Assembly: GCA_964510315.1 (NCBI GenBank)
Contig: CAZEAP010000004.1
Span: 641-64,640 of the forward strand
Direction of reading: 5' to 3'
DNA length: 64,000 nucleotides
From: an uncultured candidatus Brocadiaceae bacterium
Lineage (GTDB): Bacteria; Planctomycetota; Brocadiia; SM23-32
Positions within the stretch are counted from its first letter, which is position 1. Every line of letters starts with the position of its first letter. Positions 45,354-55,415 of the stretch are shown here, one piece after another. A program made the position numbers and the translations under genes. The notes under the pieces were generated by a model. That model was not told the origin of the DNA. It saw nothing but the letters and a program-made list of their open reading frames with translations, and did not search any database.

Positions 45354-47116
45354 CAGCCGTACTGCTTCTCCAGTTCGCTGAGCTGTTGGTCCATGCGCTG
45401 GTGGAGTTCGTCCAGCTCGTCCAGTTCTTCCAGCAGTTTGGCTCGCCTAAGCTCCGGGACGACGTCCAATTCTCGCACCCGGGCGATGGGGGCGCCGGTC
45501 TGGACGATGTCCCGGGTGCGCCGCAGGAACGCGATGAAGATTTTCAGCAGTTTCGCCTGCTTCTCCGGCTCGCAGTAGGTGTCCACCGGATCGGTGGCGT
45601 CCTGCTGGAGGAATCCGGTCTTCAGCAGGTCGGCCACCAGGAGTGTCAGCCGCTGGTTGTCCGGCAGTACGTCGCGCCCCACCAGTTGAACGATGTCCTG
45701 CAGTTCATCCTCCTCGCTGAGCAGGTCCATCATCCGGCCGCGCTGGGCGCCCCAGTCGGGATTATACTCTTCCCACCAGGGGCCCACGTCCTCGAGGTAT
45801 TCGCTGTAGCTGTCCAGCCAGTTGACCGCCGGGTAGTGGCGGGAGTAGGCCAGGTCCTGGTCGAGGGCCAGGAAGCAGCGGACGAAGCGGGTTGTGTGCA
45901 TGGTGACCGGTTCGCTGAAGTCGCCCCCCGGGGGGCTGACCGAACCGATCACCGTGACGCTGCCCTCCCGGCCCCCCAGCGTTTCCACCAGCCCCGCCCT
46001 CTCGTAGAACTCCGCCAGCCGGCTGGACAGATAGGCGGGATAGCCCTCCTCGGCGGGCATCTCCTCCTGGCGGCTGCTGGCCTCCCGCAGGGCTTCGGCC
46101 CACCGGCTGGTGGAATCGGCCATCAGGGCCACCGCGTAGCCCATGTCACGGTAATACTCCGCCAGGGTTATGCCGGTGTAGATGGAGACCTCCCGGGCGG
46201 CCACGGGCATGTTGGAGGTGTTGGCAACCAGGATGGTGCGCTCCATCAGGGTGCGCCCGGTGCGGGGGTCTTCCAGCTCCGGGAGTGTTCTGAGCACGTC
46301 GGTCATTTCGTTGCCCCGTTCCCCGCAGCCCACGTAGATCACCACGTCCGCGTCGCTCCATTTCGCGAACTGCTGCTGGAGGACGGTCTTTCCCGTTCCG
46401 AAGTCCCCGGGTACGGCGGCGGCGCCGCCCCGGGCCAGCGGGAAGAACGTGTCGATGATCCGCTGGCCGGTGGCCATCACCGCCGAGCTGGTCTCCCGAC
46501 GTCCGAACGGGCGGGGCCGGCGCACCGGCCACTCCCGCAGCATGTTCAGCCCGTGGCGGCCCTTCTCGTTTTCCACCACGCAGAGCGTTTCGGTGGCGGG
46601 ATAGTCCCCCTCCGGCTGGATCTCCACTACTTCCCCGGAAAGATGCGGGGGTATCATCAGGCGATGCTCCAGGGCGGGGGTCTCCTGCACGGTGCCGAAG
46701 ACGTCCCCCTGTTGCGCCTCCTGGCCTTCCTGGATACAGGGGGAGAAGCTCCATTCCTTCTCTTTGTCCACCGCCTCCGCCGCGGCCCCGACGGACAGGA
46801 AGCCGCCCTCGCGTTCAGCCAGGAGCCGCAGGGGGCGCTGAAGGCCGTCGTAGATATTCCCCAGCAGGCCCGGCCCCAGCGTCACCGCCAGGGGCCCCCC
46901 GGTGGCCCGCACTTCGTCCCCGGGCCGCAGGCCGCCGGTATACTCGTAGACCTGCATGGTGAGCCGGTCCCCCGCGAGCTTGGTTACCTCGCCGATCAGC
47001 CCCTTGGGGCCCAGCCTGACCACCTCAAAGGCACCGACCCCGGCCATGCCCTCGGCCTGCACGATGGGACCGTTCACGCCGACCACCCTGCCGACCTGTG
47101 TATCCTGAGCGCTCAT
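45353..47116 (-). CDS. atpA: V/A-type ATP synthase subunit A (catalytic)
   Basis: 587 aa. Walker [15 protein letters not shown] and the non-homologous insert region. Start overlaps the atpE stop. Confidence 0.95.
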   Translation of the reverse strand: MSAQDTQVGRVVGVNGPIVQAEGMAGVGAFEVVRLGPKGLIGEVTKLAGDRLTMQVYEYTGGLRPGDEVRATGGPLAVTLGPGLLGNIYDGLQRPLRLLAEREGGFLSVGAAAEAVDKEKEWSFSPCIQEGQEAQQGDVFGTVQETPALEHRLMIPPHLSGEVVEIQPEGDYPATETLCVVENEKGRHGLNMLREWPVRRPRPFGRRETSSAVMATGQRIIDTFFPLARGGAAAVPGDFGTGKTVLQQQFAKWSDADVVIYVGCGERGNEMTDVLRTLPELEDPRTGRTLMERTILVANTSNMPVAAREVSIYTGITLAEYYRDMGYAVALMADSTSRWAEALREASSRQEEMPAEEGYPAYLSSRLAEFYERAGLVETLGGREGSVTVIGSVSPPGGDFSEPVTMHTTRFVRCFLALDQDLAYSRHYPAVNWLDSYSEYLEDVGPWWEEYNPDWGAQRGRMMDLLSEEDELQDIVQLVGRDVLPDNQRLTLLVADLLKTGFLQQDATDPVDTYCEPEKQAKLLKIFIAFLRRTRDIVQTGAPIARVRELDVVPELRRAKLLEELDELDELHQRMDQQLSELEKQYG

Positions 47117-47751
47117 TGCTCCCCGGAGGCAGGAGGTGGAATGATCTCAGCGAGTTTCTCGCGCATCTGGTCCCAAAGCCGGTCGAGGCGGGCGCGGAAG
47201 GTCTGGTCCGCCACCTGATGGCCGTCGGCCGAGCGGAGCACCACACCTCCCAGGGCGTCGAGCGTCTCCTCGCTCAGGGTCACTTCGACCTCCCTGTGGA
47301 ACCGCTCGGAAGCCGCCTTCGATATGCGCTCGGGCAAATCAGGGCTGCGGTCCCGGTCGCTTTCCTTGAGCACCAGCTCGAACCGCTCGCCCTGCATCTG
47401 GTCAAGCGCGGCCAGCGCCAGGTTCAGCAGAACCTGTGGGTAGCGTTCTTTTTCGGGGAGGCGCTCGAGTTCTTCCAGCGCGCGCCCGCGCAGTTCCTCC
47501 AGCATCTGCTGATAGGTTTCCCGCCGCAGGTTCTGCGCTTCTTGTTGCAGGCGGGCACGCAGTCGCCGCTTCTTTGCTTCCGCCTTCTTCTTGGCCCTTT
47601 CCCGGATACGTTCCCTCTGCTCTTCGGCTTTCTCACGGGCCTCCTCGATGATGCTCTCGGCCTGGCGGCGCGCTTTCCTGCGGATGCGGTCGGCGCGCCT
47701 TTCGGCATCGGACCGAATCTCTTCTTCGAGGGTCTGTTCTTCGTCGCTCAT
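47113..47751 (-). CDS. atpE: V/A-type ATP synthase subunit E (peripheral stalk)
   Basis: Highly charged coiled-coil N-terminus (EEEIRSDAERRADRIRRKARRQAE...) plus globular C-terminus. 212 aa. Confidence 0.85.
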   Translation of the reverse strand: MSDEEQTLEEEIRSDAERRADRIRRKARRQAESIIEEAREKAEEQRERIRERAKKKAEAKKRRLRARLQQEAQNLRRETYQQMLEELRGRALEELERLPEKERYPQVLLNLALAALDQMQGERFELVLKESDRDRSPDLPERISKAASERFHREVEVTLSEETLDALGGVVLRSADGHQVADQTFRARLDRLWDQMREKLAEIIPPPASGEQ

Positions 47752-47770
47752 AGGTATGCGGCCCGTCAGA

Positions 47771-48076
47771 TTAGAGCCTGATGCCGACGGCCTCGCGGAT
47801 CATTTTCACCAGGCTGGGGCTTTCCGGGCTGGGCCCCTCGGGGCCGGGCACCTCCGCGATCAAGGGAAACTCCCCGCCGTAGCGGATGGCGTTGATCTTC
47901 TCCCGCACCATGTTGGCCACCTGCTCGGTGGTGATGACGATGACCTTCTCCCCGCGCTCCACCAGTCGGTCGAGTTCATCCCGGGCTTCTTGCGCATTCC
48001 GCACAACGGTGCCGGGGATGCCCGCATGCTGGAAGCCGGTCACGGTGTCCTCGTCGGCCACCACGTAGAAACTCAT
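47771..48076 (-). CDS. atpF: V/A-type ATP synthase subunit F
   Basis: MSFYVVADEDTVTGFQHAGIPG...KVIVITTEQVANMV. 101 aa. Confidence 0.9.
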   Translation of the reverse strand: MSFYVVADEDTVTGFQHAGIPGTVVRNAQEARDELDRLVERGEKVIVITTEQVANMVREKINAIRYGGEFPLIAEVPGPEGPSPESPSLVKMIREAVGIRL

Positions 48077-48106
48077 CGGCGCCTCCCGCGGGGCTGAACC
48101 GCCGCC

Positions 48107-48475
48107 TCACAGCTTCGTGTAAAGAAGCACCGCTATCAGAAGCCCGTAGATGGCAATACCTTCGGCCAGCGCAACGAACAGGAGGCTGCGGGTGAGCAGC
48201 TCCGGGTTTTCGCTGGCGGCCCCCAGGGCTGCGGCACCGACCCTGGCGACGGCATAAGCCGCTGCCAGGCAGGGGATGGCGATGGATACCGAGACCGCGA
48301 CGGCCAGGTCCCACCTGACGGTCGGGACCTCCTCCTGTAGCTGCTCAAGCGAGTCGGCGGGGCTCTCCTGGCCGAAAGCGACGGCCAGACCGAGCCCCGT
48401 CGCAGCAGGAATTGCGGCGAGCAACAGTGTCAGTATCGCCACTTTCCGGATGTAATTGCGCTTGACTGGCTCCAT
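48107..48475 (-). CDS. atpK: V/A-type ATP synthase subunit K (proteolipid c-ring)
   Basis: Two-hairpin hydrophobic proteolipid with conserved Glu in LFVALAEGIAIYGLL. 122 aa. Confidence 0.9.
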   Translation of the reverse strand: MEPVKRNYIRKVAILTLLLAAIPAATGLGLAVAFGQESPADSLEQLQEEVPTVRWDLAVAVSVSIAIPCLAAAYAVARVGAAALGAASENPELLTRSLLFVALAEGIAIYGLLIAVLLYTKL

Positions 48476-48498
48476 GCTTTCTCCTCACCACCAAATCT

Positions 48499-50511
48499 TT
48501 ATCGGTCTTCCGCCCCGCCCTGTGTTCGGAGTCCGAAGGGTTCGTACTGTACGCCTTCTCCCCGGAAGAACTTTGTAAAGAACTCGTAGTATTCGAGCCT
48601 GAGTATTTGGATTGCCACAATCAGCCCCTCCAGGGCGATGATCAGCCCGGTACCCAGCACAAAGACAAGAGCGGCCCAGACAGGCCCCCCCGGCAAGCCC
48701 TGTACGAGCCGCTCAAGGACGAATATTGTAAAGCAGAGCGCAGCGTGGCTCAAGGCAAAAGCCGCCACGCGGAGGAAGGAGAACGTGTTCGCCAGGTAGA
48801 CCATGACCGTTTCCCCAGCTTCGATGAGCCCGCGGAACAGGCCTGCCACCGGGCCTTCTTCCGCGTCGCTTCCCTCAGCCCCCAACAGGCTCAAAAGCGG
48901 TCGGTGAACCACCAGCAGCAGAAGGGGCACTCCGATGAGCCCGCCGGCCAGCCACAGGTCCGTCGGCCCCCCTCCGGCCACCACCAGCTTGATCACCCAT
49001 GCCAGCCCGCCCCAGTAGAGCACCAGCCCGACAACACCGAACCTCCCCATCAGGGCTCCCTCTATATCCCGTCGCCGCAGCCGATTCACCACGTTCATGA
49101 TCGCCCCCAGGCTGATGAGCACCACGCCCAGGAGCGCGGCCAGCAGCAGGTAGCGCATGACGTGCTCCCCGGCCCCCGCCCCGGCGCCTTCGAACCGCAT
49201 GGGCTCAAAGCCCAGGGTCAACGGAAACCCCAGCGCCCGGAGCGATTGCCCGAAGAAAGAGCCCTGAAAGAAAGTGCCCCAAAGGGCGCTGGAAACGCCG
49301 CAGAAGGCCATGACTTTCCCGATGTCCCGGACCGCATCCCTCCCGGCGAACCGGGCCATCAGCCATCCGGCCCCCATCAGGACGAGCCCGTGGCCGAGGT
49401 CTCCGAAGATCAACCCGAATATCAGCAGGAAAGTAGCCGCGAACATGACCGTAGGTTCGATCTCGGAGTAGGAGGGAACCCCGTAGCCCCTCACCAGGCG
49501 CGCAAAAGGGGCAAAGAAGACGCCGTGCTCCACCCGGGTGGGCACCAGGTTCCCCTCGATCTCCTCCTCGCTGGGCTCCGACGTTTCCACCACGCACCGC
49601 CCGTCGGTGGCTTCGCGCAGGCTCTGGTGCAACTCCTCGGCCCGCTCCGCCGGCACCCATCCCGTGATGACGACGGTTGCCCAGGTGGTGCCGAACTTCT
49701 GGCGGGCCCGGCAGAAGGCGCGCTGCTGCCGGACGCCGCTCCAGGCGCGGCGCAGCGCCTCCACGTTCTGCTCCCCGACGCTCCGGAGGTCCGAGACGAG
49801 GGTGTCCTTTTTGCGGCGGAGCTTACGCAGGCTGTCGGAGGCATCTTCGTAGACGTCGGCGGGGGACCGCTCGCCCCAGGTCGGTAGTTCGACCTCCTCC
49901 AGCCCGGTTTCCTCCAGAGCTGTCTCCACCGCGAACCGGCGGCGCCGGGTACTGATCACCAGCACCGTGCCGGGCTTCCCCTGACCTTCTGAGTCCAGAG
50001 TGACCACGAGGCTGCCGGGGGGCAGCTCGGCGCGCAGCTCAACCAGGTCAACCCCATCGCCTTTTGCCGCTTTCACCGAGAGCATCTCGGAGTCCTGGAG
50101 GGGTCCGAGAGAAGCGCGCATGTCGCTGTAGGGTTCCAGCTCCTCCACCAGGGCTTCGCTTTCCCGGATGCCTTCCCGCACTGAGGCAAGCTGTTCCCGC
50201 TTCTCTCCGGTTATCTCCTCGACTGAACTGGTGATCTCGTCGGCCGTCTGCAGAGTGGGGAGCGGCCCAGCGGGGGGTTCTTCTGGTGCCTCCAGCCCCA
50301 GCTCATCGAACAGGTCTTCCAGCCGGTCCAGCAGGTCTCTGCACTTCTCCAGTTCCTGGTCGAGCCGTTCGGGCTCCAGTTCCCCGCCGCTTTCCTCGAC
50401 GCTGCTCCTCAGGTGGAGCACGTCCAGGGAGCCGAGTTCCCTGATGACCCGCTCTTCGTCCCGGGCAAGGACGAAGATCCGGACCTTCCGCATGTCCTTC
50501 GGCTCAAGCAT
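48499..50511 (-). CDS. atpI: V/A-type ATP synthase subunit I (a-subunit, stator)
   Basis: 670 aa. Soluble N-terminal half and C-terminal polytopic membrane half, with conserved Arg-bearing helix RVAAFALSHAAL. Confidence 0.9.
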   Translation of the reverse strand: MLEPKDMRKVRIFVLARDEERVIRELGSLDVLHLRSSVEESGGELEPERLDQELEKCRDLLDRLEDLFDELGLEAPEEPPAGPLPTLQTADEITSSVEEITGEKREQLASVREGIRESEALVEELEPYSDMRASLGPLQDSEMLSVKAAKGDGVDLVELRAELPPGSLVVTLDSEGQGKPGTVLVISTRRRRFAVETALEETGLEEVELPTWGERSPADVYEDASDSLRKLRRKKDTLVSDLRSVGEQNVEALRRAWSGVRQQRAFCRARQKFGTTWATVVITGWVPAERAEELHQSLREATDGRCVVETSEPSEEEIEGNLVPTRVEHGVFFAPFARLVRGYGVPSYSEIEPTVMFAATFLLIFGLIFGDLGHGLVLMGAGWLMARFAGRDAVRDIGKVMAFCGVSSALWGTFFQGSFFGQSLRALGFPLTLGFEPMRFEGAGAGAGEHVMRYLLLAALLGVVLISLGAIMNVVNRLRRRDIEGALMGRFGVVGLVLYWGGLAWVIKLVVAGGGPTDLWLAGGLIGVPLLLLVVHRPLLSLLGAEGSDAEEGPVAGLFRGLIEAGETVMVYLANTFSFLRVAAFALSHAALCFTIFVLERLVQGLPGGPVWAALVFVLGTGLIIALEGLIVAIQILRLEYYEFFTKFFRGEGVQYEPFGLRTQGGAEDR

Positions 50512-50576
50512 GACTCCGTGGCGGCTTACTCAAGAGTGCTTCTCCGGTCCGCCGGCCCGAGTGGACCGCCGGCGTC

Positions 50577-51623
50577 TCAAAGGTCCAGTTCCTCTCTGAT
50601 CTCCTGTCCTTCGGCGCTCCGGTGCACCAGTTCGCTCAGGCTCTTCAGGCGCCGCAGCTCCCTTCGCTTCAGGTAGTAGTAGCTTATCAGAACGGCGGGC
50701 CCGCTGAGGGAGCCGCGGAACTGCCGCTCTGCGAGCCTGCAGGTCCGCCGCCACAGGGCTCGCTCGATCCGGCCGATCGATTCGGCCGCTTCCGCATCGG
50801 AGAGCGCCTGGCGCAGGGCGGGTACCTCCTTCAGCAGGCTCTCGGCGGAAGGGTCCGTGTAGACCCGGCCGAGCACCTCGTCGTCCAGCTCTCCCCGGCC
50901 GCCGGGGAGTATCTTCCGGATGCGCTGCCAGTCGACCTCGTAGGTTCGGGCCGCCCGGAGCACCGAGACCAGCCGGACGGCGTCAAGCTCGCTGATTACC
51001 GGAGAGTCGCAGGCATCGCAGACGCGCCCCGGCAGGGCGCTCCGCGCCCTGTCGACGGCCTCCCAGTAGCCCCTGTCCAGCCCCATCTCCAGATACGCCC
51101 TTTGCCCTGTCTGCTCGTAGAGGGGCAGGGCCTTCATCGCCCCCTCTCGGGGCCCCTCCACGGGAATTCGTCGGAGGAACTGATGGAGGCTCTCGCTCTC
51201 CAGCAAGGTTTCCACCGGCAACTCGAGGCGCGAGGGCAATTCGATCAGCAGGGCTCGGGATTGTTGGACAGACTTCTCGCGGCCGAACAGGCGGAGCAGA
51301 ACCTTCAGGTTCTCCACTGGCCAGCGGTCCAACAGCCGCCGGTAGAATTCCCGGAGTTCGGCGGACAGATACTTCAGGAGGCCGGCCAGTTCGTCAACGC
51401 AGGAAGCGGCAAGACGTTTCTCCAGGCGCGTGGGGTAGCGGATGTCGCTTCTCGGGTAGAGTTCGGAGACGATATCTCCCAGGTCGGCGGCGCGGCTCAG
51501 CTCTTTGAGTCGCTCGGCCTCGTAGAGGCGGCCGCGGCGTCCCCTCAGTTTGGCCATCAGGAAGTCGGAGGGCACTTCCAAAGGGGTCCTGACGCGCAGA
51601 TCGGCAGGGAGAGAATTGCTCAT
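50577..51623 (-). CDS. atpC: V/A-type ATP synthase subunit C (d-type central stalk)
   Basis: SDFLMAKLRGRRGRLYEAERL aligns to the subunit C N-terminus (DFAYLNARVRVRRGTLL). All-helical. The start could alternatively be the upstream ATG at 51671. Confidence 0.75.
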   Translation of the reverse strand: MSNSLPADLRVRTPLEVPSDFLMAKLRGRRGRLYEAERLKELSRAADLGDIVSELYPRSDIRYPTRLEKRLAASCVDELAGLLKYLSAELREFYRRLLDRWPVENLKVLLRLFGREKSVQQSRALLIELPSRLELPVETLLESESLHQFLRRIPVEGPREGAMKALPLYEQTGQRAYLEMGLDRGYWEAVDRARSALPGRVCDACDSPVISELDAVRLVSVLRAARTYEVDWQRIRKILPGGRGELDDEVLGRVYTDPSAESLLKEVPALRQALSDAEAAESIGRIERALWRRTCRLAERQFRGSLSGPAVLISYYYLKRRELRRLKSLSELVHRSAEGQEIREELDL

Positions 51624-51663
51624 CGAAACACCGAAACGGCAGATTAGAGGCCGCGGCCGGGCC

Positions 51664-51984
51664 CTACTCATCCGGCGTGGGAGCCACGCTCCGGACGATG
51701 AAGTCGACGGCGTCCGCTATTTTCTCATCGCCGACGTCTTCGAGGGAGGGCAGTTCCCGACGCTCCTCGTCGAGACGCTGCTCCCTCTTTTCGGAAAGCT
51801 CCCGGGTCCGCTCCTCAACCCAGCTTTCGGCCTCCTTTTCGGCCTCCTCGCGGGCGGCGTTGAGGACCTCCTGCGCCGTCCGGCGGGCGTCACGGACGAT
51901 CTCCTCCGCCTCCTTTTCGGCTTCCTTGACGCGTCGGCGGGCCTCGCCCTCAACTTCCAGGACTCTGTCGATGACGTCGCTCAA
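51664..51984 (-). CDS. V/A-type ATP synthase subunit G/H-like peripheral stalk protein
   Basis: 106-aa highly charged helical protein (EARRRVKEAEKEAEEIVRDARRTAQEVL). First gene of the operon; its start overlaps the stop of the EIIA gene. Confidence 0.7.
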   Translation of the reverse strand: MSDVIDRVLEVEGEARRRVKEAEKEAEEIVRDARRTAQEVLNAAREEAEKEAESWVEERTRELSEKREQRLDEERRELPSLEDVGDEKIADAVDFIVRSVAPTPDE

Positions 51985-52442
51985 AGTTCCACCCGCACCC
52001 TCTCGATGGTCTGGATCAGTTCCCGGGTATTCTCCGCCTCGACCATGCTTTCGAAGACGCCGGGCAGTTGCATGAGGTGTCCGATGTCGGCCAGCACCTC
52101 GATGTTGGGGCCGGGGTTGTGGGGTTCCGCAATCACGAGGAACACCAGGTAAACAAGCTCGGCGTCGGAAGCTTCGAAGTCGATGCCGTCCTTGCTGACT
52201 CCGACGGCCAGTTCCACGCCCGAGACGTCGGGGTGTTTGGCGTGGGGAATCGCAACGCCCCCCCCGATGCCGGTGGTGCCCTTCTCTTCCCGCTCGTAGA
52301 GCACCCGGAGGGCGCCCTCGCGATCATCGATCCGCCCCGCGCGCACGAGCAACTCCAGCAGCTCGGCGATGGCTTCGTCCTTGTCCATCGCCTCCAGGGG
52401 GATCTTCACCGTCTCTTCATCGATGAGGGCCGCCACATCCAT
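51981..52442 (-). CDS. ptsN: PTS EIIA type-2 (fructose/nitrogen-regulatory PtsN-like) domain protein
   Basis: GIGGGVAIPHAK (phospho-His), VYLVFLVIAEP. Stop overlaps the first V-ATPase gene by 4 nt. Start could be 52496 or 52442. Confidence 0.8.
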   Translation of the reverse strand: MDVAALIDEETVKIPLEAMDKDEAIAELLELLVRAGRIDDREGALRVLYEREEKGTTGIGGGVAIPHAKHPDVSGVELAVGVSKDGIDFEASDAELVYLVFLVIAEPHNPGPNIEVLADIGHLMQLPGVFESMVEAENTRELIQTIERVRVEL

Positions 52443-52634
52443 CGGCAAGCGCCCCCAAAAAAAAGGATCAATTGTCCATTCGGCACAACTCCGCACTATA
52501 CGGCACGCTTCCGTCGATTGTCAACCTGCTCTCCTCGGCGCATCGAAGCGGCTTCGCCGGCACCCCCTTGCAAAGGACACGTCTTTAGTGTAGCATTGAG
52601 CCGTTCAACCGTCTCACAACTGTCGCGGAGCAAG

Positions 52635-53633
52635 TGCGTGGAAGAGCCTTTGACCGGCGAGGAACTCTGCCTGGTGGCCCTCTGCTCGGCCTCCGGTGTC
52701 GGGCCGGTGAGCGTGAATCGCCTGCTGGAGGCCGCCCGCGAGGGAGGGGCCTCCTTGCGAGAGATGGCGTCGCTGCCCGCGGAGACGCTCCAGGGGGAGC
52801 TGGGACTGCCTTCTGGTGCCGCCCGCGGCGTCGCCGGCCTGGAGTCCCCGCTCCTGGCGGCGCGTTCGCTGATGGGGAAGCTCCGGCGGGCCGGGGGCCG
52901 GGTGGTCCTGCGGGGGCGTGCCGACTATCCGGGCTCCCTGGCGGAAAACCTCGGAGCCCGGGCACCGGCAGCGCTGTTCGTCCGGGGGGACGCCGCTCTG
53001 CTGGGGCGGCCCTCCGTGGCGGTGGTCGGCTCCCGGCGACCTTCCGGGCGGGCGCGCTCGGCGGCCGGGGCCCTGGCGGAGGGGCAGGCCGCCGCCGGAT
53101 CGGTGATCGTCAGCGGCGGCGCGCGGGGCATCGACACCCGGGCGCACATGGCTGCCCTGAGGTGCGGGGCGACCGTGGTTTTCCCGCCCACCGGGGCGTT
53201 GCGGTTCCACTGGCGTCGGCCCTCCGCAGCCGGTAGGTCGGAGGACCGATGGTGCGTGGCCAGCGCGTTCGGGCTGGACGGAGAATGGAAGACGGCTCAG
53301 GCCTTGATGCGCAACAGTTTCATCGTCGCGCTCTCGGAGGCGGTTGTGGCCTTCGAGCCCCGGGACACGGGGGGCACGTGGAACAGCTCACTTCACGCGC
53401 TCCGCATGGGCAAGCCGCTGTTCATCGCCACGGGTTCGGCAGCGGCGGCCAAAAGGAGGGGCCTGCGTCGGCTGGTCCGGATGGGGGCCGTGGCGCTGGA
53501 TGTTTCCCGAATGCCGAATCCCGGTGAGCTGCGGCGCATGGTGAAGGAGTATTCGCCCCCGCCCAGCGCCGAGCAGCTTCCGCTCAGCCAGCAGTTCCGG
53601 GAGGCCGGCGGCGAGGGGCAGCCAAACCTCTGA
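52635..53633 (+). CDS. dprA: DNA-processing protein DprA (Smf)
   Basis: GTG start. VAVVGSRRPSGRARSAAGALAEGQAAAGSVIVSGGARGIDTRAHMAAL Rossmann-like DprA core. N-terminal HhH-like LCSASGVGPVSVNRLLEA. Confidence 0.8.
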   Translation, partial: CVEEPLTGEELCLVALCSASGVGPVSVNRLLEAAREGGASLREMASLPAETLQGELGLPSGAARGVAGLESPLLAARSLMGKLRRAGGRVVLRGRADYPGSLAENLGARAPAALFVRGDAALLGRPSVAVVGSRRPSGRARSAAGALAEGQAAAGSVIVSGGARGIDTRAHMAALRCGATVVFPPTGALRFHWRRPSAAGRSEDRWCVASAFGLDGEWKTAQALMRNSFIVALSEAVVAFEPRDTGGTWNSSLHALRMGKPLFIATGSAAAAKRRGLRRLVRMGAVALDVSRMPNPGELRRMVKEYSPPPSAEQLPLSQQFREAGGEGQPNL

Positions 53634-53654
53634 CCGGTCGGTGCGACCGGCGGG

Positions 53655-53933
53655 CTATGCGGAGGCTTTCTCGCGGAGGGCGCTAAGGCGCCGCTGGAAC
53701 TGGGATTGCTTCCGTGCGGCCTTGTTGGAGTGGAGGACGTTCTTGCCGGCGGCGCGGTGGAGCAGCCTGGTCAACAGCCGACACTGCCGCTCGGCTTCCT
53801 CCAGTTCACCACGTTGCAGCATTCGGTCGTACTTGTTCTCTTCGGTGCGCAGACGGCTCTTGATGGCTTTGTTGCGCTTGCTGCGCTTCTTGTCCTGTCG
53901 CAGACGTTTGAGTGCGGAAGGGCGGTGCGGCAT
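53655..53933 (-). CDS. rpsT: 30S ribosomal protein S20
   Basis: PSALKRLRQDKKRSKRNKAIKSRLRT. 92 aa basic helical protein. Confidence 0.9.
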   Translation of the reverse strand: MPHRPSALKRLRQDKKRSKRNKAIKSRLRTEENKYDRMLQRGELEEAERQCRLLTRLLHRAAGKNVLHSNKAARKQSQFQRRLSALREKASA

Positions 53934-53973
53934 GATTTCTCCTCCGTTTCATCCAGAGAAAAGAGCAAGGAAT

Positions 53974-55314
53974 TCAGGGAGTGAGGGCGTCCACTTTTTC
54001 GGAGACGTCCCGGAAGTTGATGTCCTGACTGTAGATGCGCTTGTAGATCTGGAGGGCCTCCTCCCTCTGGCCCATCGCCTCCTTGGCCTGGGCCATAAGG
54101 TATCGCAGACCCTTGCCTTCATCGTCCATTTCGGGGTGAAGAGACAGGGCTTGCTCGAACTGTTCGACCGCCAGATCGTTCTGCTTTTTGCGCATGAAGC
54201 AGAGGCCCAGCAGTTTGCGGGCGCTTGTTTCGAGCCGGCCGTCTTCGGCGGCCTCCTGGAAGGCGGCGATCGCGTCGTTGAATCCACCGTTCTCCATGTA
54301 GAAGCGACCCAGTTGGAGGCGCGCTTCCCTGTCGGTTGGATGCTCGGCCAGCCGCCATTCGTATTCTTTAATTCCGTATTGGTTTCGCTTTTCCCGCAGT
54401 TCTTCGGCCCTGGCCTCGGCGTCGGGCTCATCGGACTCTTCGGCTGCGGCAATGGCTTGGTCGTAGATGACGAGCTGTAGGTCACCCAGTTCCTCGCGGA
54501 TCTCGTAGTTTTCCGGCATTAATTCTCGCTTTTCCCGGAGCAGGTCCCGGGCGTCGCCCAGTCGGTCGGCGTCGCGGTAGAGCCTGGCCAGGCGCAGTAT
54601 GCGGTTGACGTTCTCCGGCTCCTCCTCCAGTTGCCTCTCGAGCCGGGAGACCTGGCCCTTCAGGTCACCCATGCTGACGGCCATGCGTCGTTCTTCCTCG
54701 AATTGTTCGGCCTGTTCGCGGTCTCGGATCAGCTCTCGGAAGCTCTGGCCGGCTTCCATCTTGTGGGCGGCCATGTGCCCGGTGGCTTCCAGGTCGCGCA
54801 CCTCGTGGAGCAACTCACGGTCCTCCGGCTGCAGGTCCCGCAGCCTCTTCAGGTACTTCAGCGCCTCCGCCGTATCGCCCTGGTCTATGAGAAGGTCGGC
54901 AAGCCGACGCAGGGCTTTTTTGTTTTGCGGTTTGTGGTTGAGGGCGTCCCTGTAGATGTCGACGGCTTCATTCGTCAGGCCGGCTTTCTCCGCGGCCCTG
55001 GCGGCACCGCAGAGGCCCCAGAAGCTGTCAGGGTGCTTCTCCAGGAAGTCCTCGTAGGCCTCCAATTTCTTGCGGGCTCCTCCGGTGAGGCCGGAGAAAA
55101 AAGTCCACGCCATCGCAAACGGCAGACCCACAAGACCCACTATGGAGCGGCCCTTCTCCTGGAGCCTCCGTCGCTCCGTGCCGCGAAGGACCTTCCGGGC
55201 GTCCTGGTACTCCGGATCCTGTCGCAACACCTGGCGGAAGAGTTCCACGGCATAGTCGTAGTTTGCCCGCTCGACCGCTTCCCGCGCTTTGGCGTAAAGG
55301 TCCTTGGTTGCCAT
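53974..55314 (-). CDS. Tetratricopeptide-repeat protein
   Basis: Multiple TPR-like A/Y/L-rich 34-mers (YAKAREAVERANYDYAVELFRQVLRQDPEY ...) with a charged coiled-coil centre. Confidence 0.7.
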   Translation of the reverse strand: MATKDLYAKAREAVERANYDYAVELFRQVLRQDPEYQDARKVLRGTERRRLQEKGRSIVGLVGLPFAMAWTFFSGLTGGARKKLEAYEDFLEKHPDSFWGLCGAARAAEKAGLTNEAVDIYRDALNHKPQNKKALRRLADLLIDQGDTAEALKYLKRLRDLQPEDRELLHEVRDLEATGHMAAHKMEAGQSFRELIRDREQAEQFEEERRMAVSMGDLKGQVSRLERQLEEEPENVNRILRLARLYRDADRLGDARDLLREKRELMPENYEIREELGDLQLVIYDQAIAAAEESDEPDAEARAEELREKRNQYGIKEYEWRLAEHPTDREARLQLGRFYMENGGFNDAIAAFQEAAEDGRLETSARKLLGLCFMRKKQNDLAVEQFEQALSLHPEMDDEGKGLRYLMAQAKEAMGQREEALQIYKRIYSQDINFRDVSEKVDALTP

Positions 55315-55415
55315 ACCTTTTCCCGTGCTGGGGTTGCGCACGAATCGCTTTTAGAGTAGCTCAACGGGGTGCGGGTGTCAAGAACAGCGGGAAGCGGTGC
55401 CATGGAGGTATTCCG

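Noticed and set aside
45227-47218. ORF 45227-47218 plus (663 aa) and 44145-45578 plus (477 aa) across the ATPase A/B genes
   Set aside because: Antisense to unmistakable V-ATPase catalytic subunits. Low-complexity translation.
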